Shown here: one piece after another, positions 26,045 to 39,590 of the stretch
Position numbering within the stretch: position 1 is the first letter of the stretch
Layout: the number at the start of each line of letters is the position of its first letter
Assembly (NCBI GenBank): GCA_030141605.1
Contig: JAQGDQ010000614.1
Coordinates: forward strand, 1 to 64,000
DNA from: Tubiluchus corallicola
Lineage: Eukaryota > Animalia > Priapulida
Reading direction: 5' to 3'
DNA length: 64,000 nucleotides
Translations under genes and position numbers: made by a program
The notes under the pieces: generated by a model
Told to the model about the DNA's origin: nothing
The model's input: only the letters and a program-made list of their open reading frames with translations
Database searches by the model: none

Positions 26045-26789
26045 CTGTCAACTGAATGTTTGGTTTTAGTTATTTTCGTTTTTTTGAAAGAAGTGCTTAT
26101 TCATGAACAACTATGATGTTTTACACCTGCACTATCAATTCACCAGTATGTATCATTGGCAAATGGCACAAATCCACAAAACGCCTACTATTCATGTGCT
26201 AATAAAATGAAATTAGGTGAATAATCTTATTCTTTCATCGTGATAAAGAGGTGTTAGCTTCTACTGCTGGCATGGGAAGAATCTGGTGATGTATCTCTTA
26301 AGCCAAAACTTGAACCTGCAACTTCTTGTTTACAAGTACATGTGGAACCGAAGACTGCTTAATTGGCATGGTATTTGCCTGGTATGCAAGAAGCCACATT
26401 TTTCAAATCCTAATTCAAGTACAAATTTTTGTATTATTTTTTTTTCAAGCATATTCTTTTCGAGGTGAAACTAACATTCAGTACACCGTGTTAATAACAA
26501 ATATATAAGCCAGAAACATAGTACAATATGAGCTAAATTATACATGTATTATTCTTATCATATTAAAGGTAATTTTTGTACACGTTTGCAAATAATAAGA
26601 ATGGACAATGTACATAAATCATTTTAGCAGTAATTAAATAAACTAAGTTCATTATATGCTAGTTGTAAAATAAATTGTAACCTATTTGCACTCTGAAACA
26701 GCACTTCTAATTAAAATAGACCTTAATTGCCAAAATGTACTTCACTAGTTTTGTGTGCTTCACACACAAAGTTTACTATAACACCACAG

Positions 26790-29700
26790 TCAATAGTTAT
26801 TAATGTCATCATCGAAGCCATCGTCCCAATGCAATGATCGATTCTGCCTTTTGTGGCGAAAATCCTGTTGGGGGCCTCTGCTTTTGTAGCTGTAACGGAA
26901 ATTTGTTTTGTGGCCTGGCTGTTTGAAGTCAAAGCTGTGTGATCGAAATTCTGATCTAATATGTGATTTTGGTGGTTGCATCCTTCTTGGCTGTTCAGGT
27001 CTAAAAATTGACGATAAAAAGCAGTGAAAGCATGTACAATAATTTATTTCAGTGTATTTACCATGACGCAATCTTGGCCGAACAACATCAATAATATCTT
27101 GTTGAGTATGATGAAGGTAACTGAATAATAATAACCCCTTGCAAAAGGCCTATGTGAGTACGACAAGTACTTTACAGCACGGTTAGCTGCATGCCAACTA
27201 CAATCATACTTATGCCATAACCTTTCAAATATCAAACGAGATCGACAGCTGATAATGTTTTATACACAGTTCCAAACACATGAATGCCAGAAAAATTGAA
27301 TTCTTGTAACTAAACTGCTAGTGTAGGGGCAATAATACATTGATGCGTTTCTTAAGACAAGGTTGTAGTTAACGGGGAAACAATTTTCTGGCAAAGCAAT
27401 CCACATATAAAAAGCCAGGAAGGGCCTGGATTCAAAAACGGCTGGTCTGCAGCTAGAAATGTCTAGGTAAAATTTTCAGCAACAGACCTAGAGAAAAAAC
27501 GTTGTAGAAAAGTCATAGCTAAGCAAAATAATAAAAATAGATGAAATACTGTACTAATATGCATTTTAGACAGAGCAGCACTGCAATGGCTAAAAATCGC
27601 ATTAAGCTTCGCCGACTTTGCTCTAAAGATGACAAACAGTCACATTAAATTCCATCTAATCGCAGAGCGTATGTTACAGGTTACACACTGGTATAAACAC
27701 AAATGCTATTATCAGAGACAAAGGCACTAGATCAATACATCTGATAAATCATTACAAAATTGGTAAATGCTAGTTATTAGTACAAAGGGTACAATACATT
27801 TAATTTAATTAGAGTACAATTTAATTAGTAAAAATTAAAGCAAAGGGTACAATTTAATTGGTAAAAATACTGTACCTGTATCTATAATCAAGGTAACCTC
27901 CAGGCAGAGATTGTTTCACAACAAGGGCTAGAGCAGCAGCCATTAGACGATGGCCGTTTTCGCCTTCCAAGTCCATCTAGGAAAAACAAAAGTAATACTT
28001 CAAATTCACCGCAATTAACTGCATAGACAATGGAGGCGTAAGCAACTAGACCCGATTAAAATGGAGCGGCAAATTTTGATAAATTTTATATATAAAATGT
28101 TATAGTCCTCTGCATACAAATGATACGTGAGTTTTATGTAGTGTATCTCAGTATGATTTAATATTGCATAAATAACAAGTATTTTAGTAAATTCAGTCAA
28201 TGTTATAAACTACACTTCATTGGGTCAATAAAAACATATCAATTATTATGATTCAATAATTCCACAGCTAGACTACCAATATCTTAAGTGCTGCTTAATG
28301 TTAGTTCAGTAGTGAACCCCAGTCGCAGTTCATCTCTGAGCTGCACAGATAATCATCCAAACAGGCAATCCTTGAAGTTAGTCTCTTCTTAACTTCTTAA
28401 GTTACTGACACATGAAAAATACACTAAATCCTAAAACACAGTGTTACCTGTTCTGCTGCATCCCGTGTATGCTTCAGCAAGTCCTCAGAAACATTATCAA
28501 GCTGGCTCACTGCAGACTTCACTGCTGTCTCTATTGTATTAGAAGAATCTGGCGGATTGATCTTCTCGAGTTTGACCATTCTCGAAATCTAAACAAAAAT
28601 AGGCTATATCAGTCCTCTGCATTTTCTCTAGGAATTAGTTTGCAGATAATGTAGATGTACTTGACAAACATTTGCACTTGAATGTCAGAGGTCAAAGGTC
28701 ACTAGATTCATAACTGGATGACCCTTCAGCCACTCTTTTACATGTTTGCATGGCTGCATAGATCCAGCAGCCTTAATCCCTTCGCCGGCAAGGGCGTATG
28801 CAAGTAATGCATCACAAATTTTATTACTTTTTGCAAATTTGATGATGATGATACGTAAGCTCAAAATCCCAAAAAGATTTACACGTACATTCGCTAAAAG
28901 AAAAACACACATTTTTTCATGCAGTTTTTAAAATTCAAAATGGCCCCACCATAAGGTGGTTACCATGACGATTCCTTTAGAATATATAGAATACAGAACT
29001 TATTTGTGCTGCATAAACAACAAAATGAAATTTATGTTGCTATGAATAAAAAAGAAATATGGTTGCGTGTAGTACAAATGACTGCCAAACAAGAGTGTCT
29101 GCCAAATGTTTTTACAAACTACTTTACTACGTTATATTTTATATCAGTAATAATGTATATACAGTTGAAAGGTCAACTCTTAGAACTCATTAATTTATTT
29201 GCCCATTCATTCAGTCTTTACATTCATTCAATTATCTATTAGGCCTATACTTTTATTTACTCATTTATGTTTGACATTTATTTGCTGAATAAAAGAGAGA
29301 CTAAATAATTTGGCGATGCCATCATTTGATGGCGTCATATATAGAAAATAACATTACAAAAACCATTGACTTCGAAGTGATTTTGAAAGATTTCTCATCT
29401 ATAGCTCATCTATGAAAATTATAGACAAATCCGATTACTTTGGAACTGGTTAATTCAGGTTTTTAATTTGTATCTGTACAAACAATGTAGCCATGCGTAA
29501 CTTGTATTTAACTTAGCTTGACTGTACCAACAGAAATGACTCATTGAAAGGTAGCAATATACCAAGACGTAAGATAAAAACCTCCTTAATTATCTTCCAG
29601 TCATATGGGGTTCCCTCGTGGATAAGGATAGCCAGTCCATCTCTGCCCGCTCTTCCAGTACGCCCAGATCTATGTATATAATAGTCGATGCCATTTGCTG

Positions 29701-32700
29701 GAGGCTCCACTAAGAGTAAAATGAACCTAGTTCAACTACTGCCATGTAAAAGTGACATTTTTTAAGTTTAACAAATGAAAAGCCATACAAATGTGATGCA
29801 CCAACATGAAGAAACAAAAATTTGGTCATAATCATTTAGTTCATCTTTGCCCATACAATTTTTCCTGAAATTTCAACTAGGTAGGGCTCAAGTTATATAT
29901 AAGCCTTACACCTTTCAGGACCATTGACTCGAAGCAATCAATTTGGATTTGAATTTTGACTAAGTCGCAGAAACAGCTCAACTGGCAACTCTATTTCTGC
30001 ATATTTTATTGTTAAATGTAAATTCATAGAGAAAAATAAATTACTAATCCAATCTATTCTAAGCTGCCAACAGTTCTGACAATTTGCATCAAAGTGAGTA
30101 GAATTTTCTAGAAATTTACCGAGGCAGACATGATTATAACTGCAAGTTATTTTTCAACATTAACTTTTCAAATTCAACTTCAATAATTTGTTCCTAGGTA
30201 AAAGTACTGGGTAGCTGAATTCATGTCATTTTGAAAAGACATATTGCGGTGCTATTTTGTGAAGATAGCTTTTAATGCATACTGGGTAGAAGCAGTTTAC
30301 TTTACCTTGAATAACCAAATCTACTTCTGGAATGTCGAGACCCCTTGCAGCAACATCAGTGGCCTGAAAAACACAAATGCTTAATTCTTTTCTTCACAGT
30401 CTATCCTAATTGCACACAACTTTTACATACTTGAAGACAGTAGCTGCAGGATTTATTTTTGCCTAGATTTCTAGAAATATAAATCGTCTGTTATTCATTT
30501 TTGACTGAACAATATATTTCACACACTTTGTGCCCATGACACGCAGAGTAACATATAGCTAACATAGCTATGATATACCGTAAGAATTTTGCACTTGCCA
30601 CACCGAAAATTTAGCAAAATTTTTTCACGTTGAAATTGTGAAAGGTCTGAGTGGAGAGCTTCTGCTGAAATTCCCATCCGCTTTAACTCAACAGCTGCTT
30701 GGCCTGTTTGCACTATATTAAAAAAAGTGCAGTAACATGACGAAAATAAATGTTTTCAGAGTGTAACATACCATTAAGACACAGATTTATGCTAAAAATG
30801 AACATTTAATTACAATAGTTTTTTTTGTATAAACATAATAATTGTGCTAGCTTCGTGTAACTAGGTTTTATAAAAAAAACTTATGTATGCAATCAACATT
30901 GTATTTTATGCTGAAAGGACAAAGGTTGTCTTAAAAATGTAAAATAAGCTTTATTACACTTATTGCTCTTTTCTATGTCGCCATACTAACTGTATACACT
31001 AACTAACTATTAAACAAGCTGCACAGCAAGTCACACAGGATGAAAAATAACATATATAACATAATATATTAACATATAAACGACTTACCCTTTGTTTTAA
31101 GAAATACAAGACATCTCTCTGGATTGTGCTGGGTGATCAAATCTGCAACAACTTTCAGGTGATCTGAATAAGGTGCTTTGATACACTATGTATAACAAAC
31201 AACAAAAACAAGATCTTTAATTTGATTTCAAGGTTTTATGAAGAGACCAAACAAGTGCTAAAAAAATTGTGTAAACACGTTTAGTAATACCTTATCTTTG
31301 ACAACATAAGTGGAATATTTTACATTAAAATGGTCACTAATAATCACTCAAATTATAGATTCAGAGATACATCAATGTACAAAAGAAATAATGTTGTATG
31401 GTTAGTTAAGTATCCGCTTAAAAAGATAAATAAACAACTATGTTATGATAACCACCTCGTCGAAGGTTTAGTCATATTTTCCATTATTCTTACAATTTTA
31501 ACCATATTCCACGTCTATAGTTTATATCTAACACTTAAGATTAATGAAGTGTTGCATTCGTTTCACTTTAATTGGTAAAAAAGTAAGTTTGCAAATGACA
31601 AATTAACAAGTTACCTGGTGTCGAATGGAAGCAGGTGACACAGACTCTGACTGGGCAACATTTACAAACACCGGATCATTCATAAATCTGAAAACAAGCA
31701 AGCATTTAACTTTTCAACTAGAAGCATGCAAGTTTTTAATTACAGGCTAGCCAGTAAGTTTTAATGTTTTTGTTGGTCAGTTGGGAATCAGCAATCAGAC
31801 TGTGTGAACTCAAAAGAACTCAAAACCATTTACATATTTACCACTACTGTTATCTTAATAGGCACTATACACAATATTTACCTGAGTGACTTGTTTTCTA
31901 CTTTAGTTTCACTGATGAGAACACAAGATCCATACCACACATGCACGCACACACGCACACACACAACAACAAAATTATCCTGCCAAAATTTAAAACTCGA
32001 AATACCTATGCGTGATTTCTTTAATATCATCCGGAATTGTAGCACTAAACAGCATCATCTGTTTTCCTCGTGGACTGTTTTGCAGGATTCCTTCGATTTG
32101 ATCTTTGAAGTTTGGCGTAAGCAGTTCATCGGCTTCATCCAAGCAAATGAACTGAACTTCGTTGATAAGCTAAGAAGGAACAAGTGTGAACAACAGTGGA
32201 ATCTCGGTAATACGATTTGGCTCATAATGAAATTCTCGGTAGTACGATGATTTTATTATGTGATTTATGTCCCCGCCAAGCTCATAATAAAACCTATGTA
32301 ATCAAGTACGGTTACTACGAAACTCGTTACCACGAAAACCCCATTTATACAATGTTTTCCCAAAGTCCTGCCAGTAAAATTTTAATACAAATAAACACTT
32401 TTAATACGATTTCTGATACGGACACTCTTCACCTATTGTCATGCTAACCACAGCTATGTTTTTTTACAACCATTATGCGTCATATCAGGTACAAATCAGT
32501 AATGACTAATATTAGCCCAGTATGTACACTGTTATATTTATTTAGTTATGTGTTCACTAATATGTTCAACTTATATTAAATAAGTCACACAGGTAAGGAA
32601 CAAGAAGAAAAGAAAGTTTCACAATGTTAAAATAATTTTAACATTTTGATAAACAATAGCTGCAGTGTGGTTGTCATGCAAACTGTAGCCATTGTTGCTA

Positions 32701-35700
32701 CATGCAGATATTGTTAAATAGCAGATAACATACAATACTATGGCGTTCAATGTGATCATTCAATCGTCCAGGTGTTGCACAAACAACATCAACACCACGT
32801 GCAATATCTCGCTCTTGTTTCAAGTAGGAAGCACCACCATACAAGGCAACACAGCGAACGCTTGGATCCAGCTCTTGAATGCTTCTGTAAATACAAAATT
32901 TGCAAATACAATGTATTAAGTCTTCCCTGGGAACCTTGGAACGTTTGCACAGAAGCTATAATACAGCATACCATGACAGCTCCCATCTCTATCATACTAC
33001 TAGTTGAACAGGCTTGTTTAACAATAGGCATGCAATTACATATAGTCATGTGGTAATCATTTTTGCTTCACCCAGATTAGCAGTTACAAGATAAAACTGT
33101 TAGATTACTGAACATACCAAACAAGTTTGTGAACGAATGTATAGATTTCATTAAAGTGAAAATCTTACTTCAGATTCTGGAAAAAATATACTAGATATTT
33201 GTTAAATTTTATGGAAGTTATATACTGGTACAGCAAGCACTCGCCTTCTATATATACAGTACTGGACTACTATTTGAATAGACCCACTAAACAGTTGGTG
33301 TACTGTATGATCATCATTTTTATTTGCCAATGTTCCAGTTAATGATAGTACCATTTCACGTTACAGAACAGAACAGATAGACACCGTTAAGCTGAAAAGA
33401 ATTACTATTAACGTTTGCAAAAAATCGCAGTTTGACAGCAGCAAAACATTACCCTTACAATAATCATTTGATACAATATCACACCTATGCCAAATTAATG
33501 AATATTCTATACTAATATAGTAAGCACTCACTTGTAAATCTGATTACACAACTCGCGTGTTGGAGAAACCACCAAAGCTCGTGGGCTTCTTGTTCTTGTT
33601 ACTCTTTGCCTAAAAATGAATCGAAAATAGCCAAATACAATGTTCAGTGATCTGGGCATAGCCTTGGCTTACTATAAAAAGTTATGTAATCTACTGAGCT
33701 AAGCAAAAACATTAAACAAAAAGTTTGAGAATACAAATTCAGATTTCTATAATCTAATGCCTAACAATTAATGAGGTGGAGTGATTTTAGCAACCAAATT
33801 AAGAACTATTCACTCCCTTGATACAATACAGTTCATTTAGCATACGTTAAAGGGAATATTAATAAGACAAGGTATTTCATGCTATTCTGTGATGTGTTAC
33901 TTCAAAATGAAAATTGAAGCTCGGAGAGAACTGAGAATTTTTTAACGTTCTGCATTTGAAGGTGCTCAAGCAGCCCAAAAGCTAGTTTTTATACCAATTT
34001 AAGCAGATTTTTAGAGAAAGTTTTAGTAAAATGGTTTTAGCACATCTTAAAAGCTATTTGATCTACATAAATATACATCATAAAATTTTCTGTTTGAGTT
34101 CGAGAAGAGTACAAAATATTTTCGTTCTTTATGCTACTTCACTTTCAAAATAGACTAAGTAAAATAATTCAAAAGAAACAGGATACGTACGTCTGTGAAA
34201 TCTTTTGCACAATAGGAATAGAGAAAGCCAAAGTCTTTCCACTTCCAGTTATTGCTCGCCCAATCACATCCCTAAAAATATTAAATTTTTTACTGACTCA
34301 CAGAATCTAGGGTAAAATGGGCTAACGTCGTACACTAGCTAATGTCAGATAAATGAACCTTTCTCGCTTTACTAAAAATAACAATATAATATAGACACTG
34401 TTTTTTCTCCTCTATTAATAAGGGAGAACTACTTTTACTATTTATACTACTTTGCTATTTTTAATAAAACCTGGAGCTTATAATTCGACATTAGTCAGTG
34501 TACAAATGTTAGCCCATTTTACCATTATTATTACATGACCACAATAAGCACTCACCAATGTATTAAATGGTTTTACAACTTATCTCAGTAAATGTAAATC
34601 TGAGGTACAAAAATGTTATCTTGCAGAGCCTTAATCATTACCTTCCTTCCAGTGTGTGTTTTAGTGTTTCATACTGTATTTCAAATGGTTTTGTATAGCC
34701 CAGCTCTTTCAATGAAGCCAACAAGTTTCTATTAAGTGGAAAGTCTGCAAACTCCACACTGAAATAAAACTCTCAAATTAACAAATTGGCACATTAAATA
34801 TAGACACAGTATTGACACTATATGATAAGTTGTCAATGGAACCAATGTTCTTCAGTTTGCAAATCAACGCTGTAGCCAAATTCATCACTCAAATTTGATG
34901 AACTGACAATTTTACAATTTTCGGTAACAGAAGAATTAAACATGCCAGAAAAGAGAGTAGAATGCCTATATAGGAAAAATGATATCTTGCACGAAAGTGC
35001 AAGAAATCCCAAATTAAAATACCAAAACAAACCAAGATTTCTTAAATTTTCATACTATCTTGGTGTTTGCTTGAGTAAGCAAAAAAGTAAGTAAATTACG
35101 GCTGCCTACAAAGTCGCATTAACAATTTTTTAAAATTACATGAATCAGGCAATTATGGCAAATATTTGGATAATCTGATAGATAAATTAAAATAATCTAT
35201 CTGAGGCATTTATGAAAGCCTATAAAGATGCATTTCCTGCTTTATGGCTGGCTAGTAAATATCACCTCTGCTAGCTGAAAAAACTTTTGCTGTGGAATCA
35301 AAACTGTATCAGCTGAACATTGATACTGACTCTACTAGAGGCTATTTAGGTCTGCCACTGAGTGCTGTAGTACGGTTTGCAGTGCGTCTTCATGTGGTGC
35401 ATTTATTGCATAAATGTGAAGTGCATTTATAAACTCATTATAAACTTAGGCACTTATTATAATCCTGAATTTATGATTATTTGTCACACATGATATGTGT
35501 GCTTAACTTTAAATTATTATTTCAAATTCAGGTGCTCTGCTTGTTTGATGAAAGTTTGTTCTGATCTGATAGTTTTATCATTATAAATTTTACAATGCCA
35601 CACTCACACATGTGTAAATTGTACAATTTTCAGTAAGCATAGTTGTTGAATGCATTTTTTTCTACAATGTGATTATGACAATGAAAATGGGAAACCTTGG

Positions 35701-38700
35701 AATATGTGTTAGGGATATATCCACTGCTTTTTGGCCTAATTTGGTAACTCTTGTGCCTGTTGTAAGCTTCAAATTATAGTTTAAATAGCAAAGATGTAAC
35801 AGCGCTATTGATGAATTCTTTGTTCTTAGCAACAGATTACTTTAGTTACCCATCTTCGTCCTGTTGTCCAGCAGATTCTGTACGGTGTTGTCTTTGCAAT
35901 TTTTCCAGTTGCACTTCAGCAGCCTCATCAGTAAATGACTCTTGGTCTCTGAAGGCTGTTTGATGTGTGTATGTAGCACAGTAACGTTGAGAGAAACCAG
36001 ACAAGTGAGGACTAAAGAAATCCCAAATAAAGCTGCCTGAAATAATACAATAAAGATTTCTTGATGTACAGAGTTTTCTTGACGATAAAAATTTTTGAAA
36101 GCAAAACATGGCTGTTATTCCTTGACAAAAAAATAATGTCGTGCAAACAGTGTAGTGACAAAAATATAACAGAACAGAATATTAGTTGGTTGAAGTTTGT
36201 CAATCTTGTGTGTTTCTCTCTCTTGTAATTTGGACTACATTAGTACTTTTCGCATTCTGGATATTTTTGTTCTAAATGAAATCAAACGTCTACTGAACTT
36301 TGCTGTGACAGTGAAATTATTATTTGTGGTTATTTCAACCCTTTAAATCTGGTATGGACTGATCCAGTTCTGCATAGTTCTTTAAACCTTTTGCTTGTAG
36401 AAATTAAACATGATAATCTTCTTACTCAACATGTGGATTTTCCTAGTAGAAACAAATTTTTTCTTGAACTTTTATTGTCAAACTGCTCTGATTGCCCGCC
36501 AAGTCTGGTCTTTCTTCTAGTGACCATGACACTATTACTTTCTTCTGTGGATTCAACTATTCATATCAGGTTAACTGCCCCTGGAGAGATTATAACAAAA
36601 CCTCTTTTCCGCAAATTAGAGATTATTCCGCTAATATTGACTAGTATAATATGTTCATTAATTTCGATGTAAATGGTTGTCGAACATTCTAAGATAAATA
36701 TAATAATGTGGTAAATACTTTCGTCCCTCTAAGAGGAATCTCTTCAAATTCTCGCAAATATGCTTGTGTCCCTTATTCTGCTATTATTCGAGCCAGAGTT
36801 AATAAGAGTCACTTCTGAAATTTGTGGTATATGACTTCTTTAAATAATGTGAAAGCCAAATATACAGAAGCTTCTCAGTGGTTGAAATAATCTACTCTTG
36901 ATATCAGAAAATGGTATAAAAAAGTAAGCTAGTACAATCAGAAAGAATTGGCAAAGATTTTTTTGTTATGGCAAATGCTTTTAAAACCTGTGAACTGTAC
37001 AAGCGGCATCAACAACAAGAGATCCTGCGCTATCGCATCTATTATACCGTTATACTGTCGTGATTAGGTGTTAAGCGAGTATACTAATAGAAACCCCATA
37101 TTTTTCCGTAAAATAATCGTCGATTAAGGATTTACACTTTACTGTGGTTGGTGCGGTAATCACCGTGGCAAGCAGATCATTCCATTCATTCACAATTCTC
37201 ACAGAAAATGAATATTTACGAATATCAAGATGTGACTGCTCTTTAAACAATTTTAAACCATGTCATCTAGTTTTAGAATCAATATCTACTATTGTTATAG
37301 TTCCTTTATACGAAGCTGTTGTTCTGCATTTTTTTTGGAATTTGCATCAGTTGTGAAAGGGCACTCAGCTTTGCAAGAACAAGATTCCTTCTCAAGACCA
37401 TGCAGATTCCAAACGAATCCAAACTTTTCATTGCCCCATTATTTATATGCCTGCATACTGTACCAAAAAGTGAAAAGAGAGTCATACATCAAATTAAATG
37501 TACTTCAAAACTACGCTTTACGACTAGTTCATGGCCATTCTTTGAAATCATCTCACAATACAAGTAAATATTCTGCCACCTCTTTAAAAAACTCCACGAA
37601 AATCCCGATACTAGAAGCCCACAGAGATTATCAAACTCTCCTGTTTCTCTATAAATATATCAACAATATCAATTCTCCTTTCAAAAACAATATGCCCCCA
37701 CTTCTTAAAAACCCCGGTATGAATAACAGAACACTAAATTTAAGAAACATTAGAACGAACAACCAATATGGAAAGAATTCCATTACTAAGCAAGCAATAC
37801 AACTTTGGAATTCATTACCGACATCACTAAAAACACAGCAGCTCTTTATCAATATTCAAGTCTAAATTAAAAAAAAACATTTAATGACTCGTTTTGAATA
37901 TCCGACATACGAACAAGATGATACTTACTCAAATCATAATTTCATTTTTCCTAGACCTTACTAAACTAGTTTATATTTTATTTTTGAATTATTAGTTGCA
38001 CTTATAGTTTAGCTTGCACCAGATGCATTTGCCCAGAACAGTGTATGTTTTTATATGAACTAACACTGATTGTCTGTCTTTTAATATGATGGTCAATGTT
38101 TTAAAATGGCAAATAAAGATTTTACCACTACTACTACCTACATTGTATAGTAGAACCAATACAATATTCGTTCGCATTTTTTGCTTCTCGAGTGACCCAC
38201 CCATGGAACTTACTCTCAGCTGATTTTTTAAATGCACAGTATATCAATAAATTTAAAGTGAATCTGAGCGTGGACAAAAGTTGAACTCTACGACGTTTAT
38301 ACCTTATACCTTTATACTTTTTCAACTACCCCATTATTTTGGCTATTTTTGAAACTTTAATTTTGGTAGTCATTGAGTAAGGAACCCATACTGGGTTATA
38401 GCATACATTCAATCTCTAAACAATCTTTTTTGTGGCGCTTGCACTTTAACTACAATGATTGTAATGATATATACACTAAATACACATACATAGAGCAAAA
38501 ACATGTAGAGCAAAAAACTAGGCATCTATAACTAAGGGTACACGTATCGTGCTGTAGAAAGATTCGGTATTTACAGACATGTTTCTCATGAATCCAATCT
38601 ATATTTTTTTCCTTAATGGCATTGACAAACTTTTGGATGGCCCCTTTAAACTGATTGACTGTAACTGCTTAAACAGCCTTTTGAGGTAACCATTCCACAA

Positions 38701-39356
38701 ATCAATTATCCTATGGCTGAAAAAATATTTCCTTAAATCCAGCTTGGCTCTGTTTTTGTACAGTTGTAACTGATGTTCTGGCATCATCCTCTCATGACTA
38801 TTGAAAATGAAGAAGGTTCCAACATCCACATCATCAGTTCCTTTAATGATTTTGAAAGCTTATATTAAATCAGCGTGCGTCCTTCCAGTTAATAGTGTAT
38901 GCAGACCTAGCCGCTTAAGTCGCTGACAATATGGAACATTCTTCAACTCTTCCACCATTTTTGTGGTTTGGACATCCTCGCTCAAACACGTGTTTGACGT
39001 GATTTCATTGTAAAAAGAATACCTAAGCCTATTTTTTCGAATTTGCACCTTTTTTCTACTTCTGAGTTTAAAACATTTTTGGTTAAAATAAGTTATAGTC
39101 TATATACAATATTAAATGCATTCATATTACTGTACATTTAACACTGATTTCTACAGAATGTATGAAAACATAAATAAAATTTTAATTGTAAACTCTTAAA
39201 TGTTAACATAGTTGACCAAAATGAAACACTTGTAGAAAATGCAAAACTTGAACAAAAATACAAACTTTGATTGCTAGTGGAGCTAATGAACTTCTTTTTG
39301 CGATATACAGCATTCAAGAAAAGACATAAACGTGCTACACCACTAGAGGCAGCCAT
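26790..39356 (-). CDS. DEAD-box RNA helicase of the DDX21/DDX50 (plant RH3/PMH-like) family, 15 exons, ~603 aa, putative mitochondrial presequence
   Basis: Exons on the minus strand: 39356-39266, 36036-35850, 34758-34642, 34271-34191, 33609-33532, 32884-32734, 32169-32006, 31687-31615, 31185-31089, 30712-30579, 30363-30306, 29709-29582, 28588-28448, 27976-27876, 27000-26790 (1812 nt, phases consistent). Motifs: Q (GYTKPFEIQ), I (AITGSGKT), Ia (PTREL), GG, Ib (TPGRL), II (DEAD), III (SAT), IV (LVF), QxxR, V (ARGLD), VI ([10 protein letters not shown]). The [12 protein letters not shown]...[13 protein letters not shown] and LMAAALA segments are typical of the DDX21 family. Confidence 0.88.
32194..32430 (+). 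mobile_element. Tc1/mariner-pogo (Tigger-like) MITE end fragment
   Basis: Starts CAGTGGAATCTCGGTAATACGA with repeated CGGT..TACGA subterminal motifs; it lies about 25 nt from the acceptor of the DEAD-motif exon. Confidence 0.45.
34311..34523. mobile_element. ~213-bp MITE with ~37-bp imperfect TIRs
   Basis: GGTAAAATGGGCTAACgtcGTACACTagCTAATGTC at the left end and GACATTAGtcAGTGTACaaatGTTAGCCCATTTTACC at the right end; fills most of a helicase intron. Confidence 0.8.
37139..37272 (-). mobile_element. CR1 LINE ORF2 C-terminal remnant
   Basis: Minus-strand translation [32 protein letters not shown] matches the CR1 TRGH..KL...RK.FFS.RVV..WN.L terminus. Confidence 0.75.
37420..37885 (+). mobile_element. 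CR1/L2-group LINE ORF2 3' remnant
   Basis: ORF 37260-37865 contains [13 protein letters not shown]...[10 protein letters not shown]...[22 protein letters not shown], the typical post-RT C-terminus. Confidence 0.7.
38595..38975 (-). mobile_element. CR1 LINE ORF2 C-terminal remnant (frameshifted)
   Basis: [24 protein letters not shown]...ADLI followed by [28 protein letters not shown]. Confidence 0.8.
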
Positions 39357-39590
39357 TTCAGCGTGCTCATAGACGGACACCCAACATTTTTCTGTCCACA
39401 ACAAAAGAGCATTCTTAGTTCCAAGATTTCTTTTTGCCGAGAAAAGTCTGAAAACGCCATCTTGTCAGTTATTTGCTTGTTGATTGGAAGTTTGAGTGTT
39501 ACAAATTAATTTCGTTTCGAAGGAAAGTACTTTGTCTTCTTAGACAAGGTAGATTTTTTCCAAAGCATCAGCACAACCTAAAAAGGTAAA
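39357..39590. promoter_or_regulatory. Bidirectional promoter region shared by the helicase (-) and beta-catenin (+), with a probable non-coding beta-catenin exon 1
   Basis: YY1-type CGCCATCTT at 39455-39463, Inr-like TCAGTT at 39465-39470, inverted CCAAT (ATTGG) at 39483-39487. Candidate donors near 39549 (AAG|gtagat) and 39586 (AAG|gtaaac) could splice to the acceptor at 41349. Confidence 0.5.

Noticed and set aside
28770-29340. piggyBac-like MITE (ttaatccctt start, gatgccatcatttgatggcgtc palindrome)
   Set aside because: No matching second TIR or TTAA TSD could be found.
34179-34190. U12-like GTATCCTG donor 4 nt inside a helicase intron
   Set aside because: It would shift the frame relative to the next acceptor; the U2 donor at 34190 keeps the frame.
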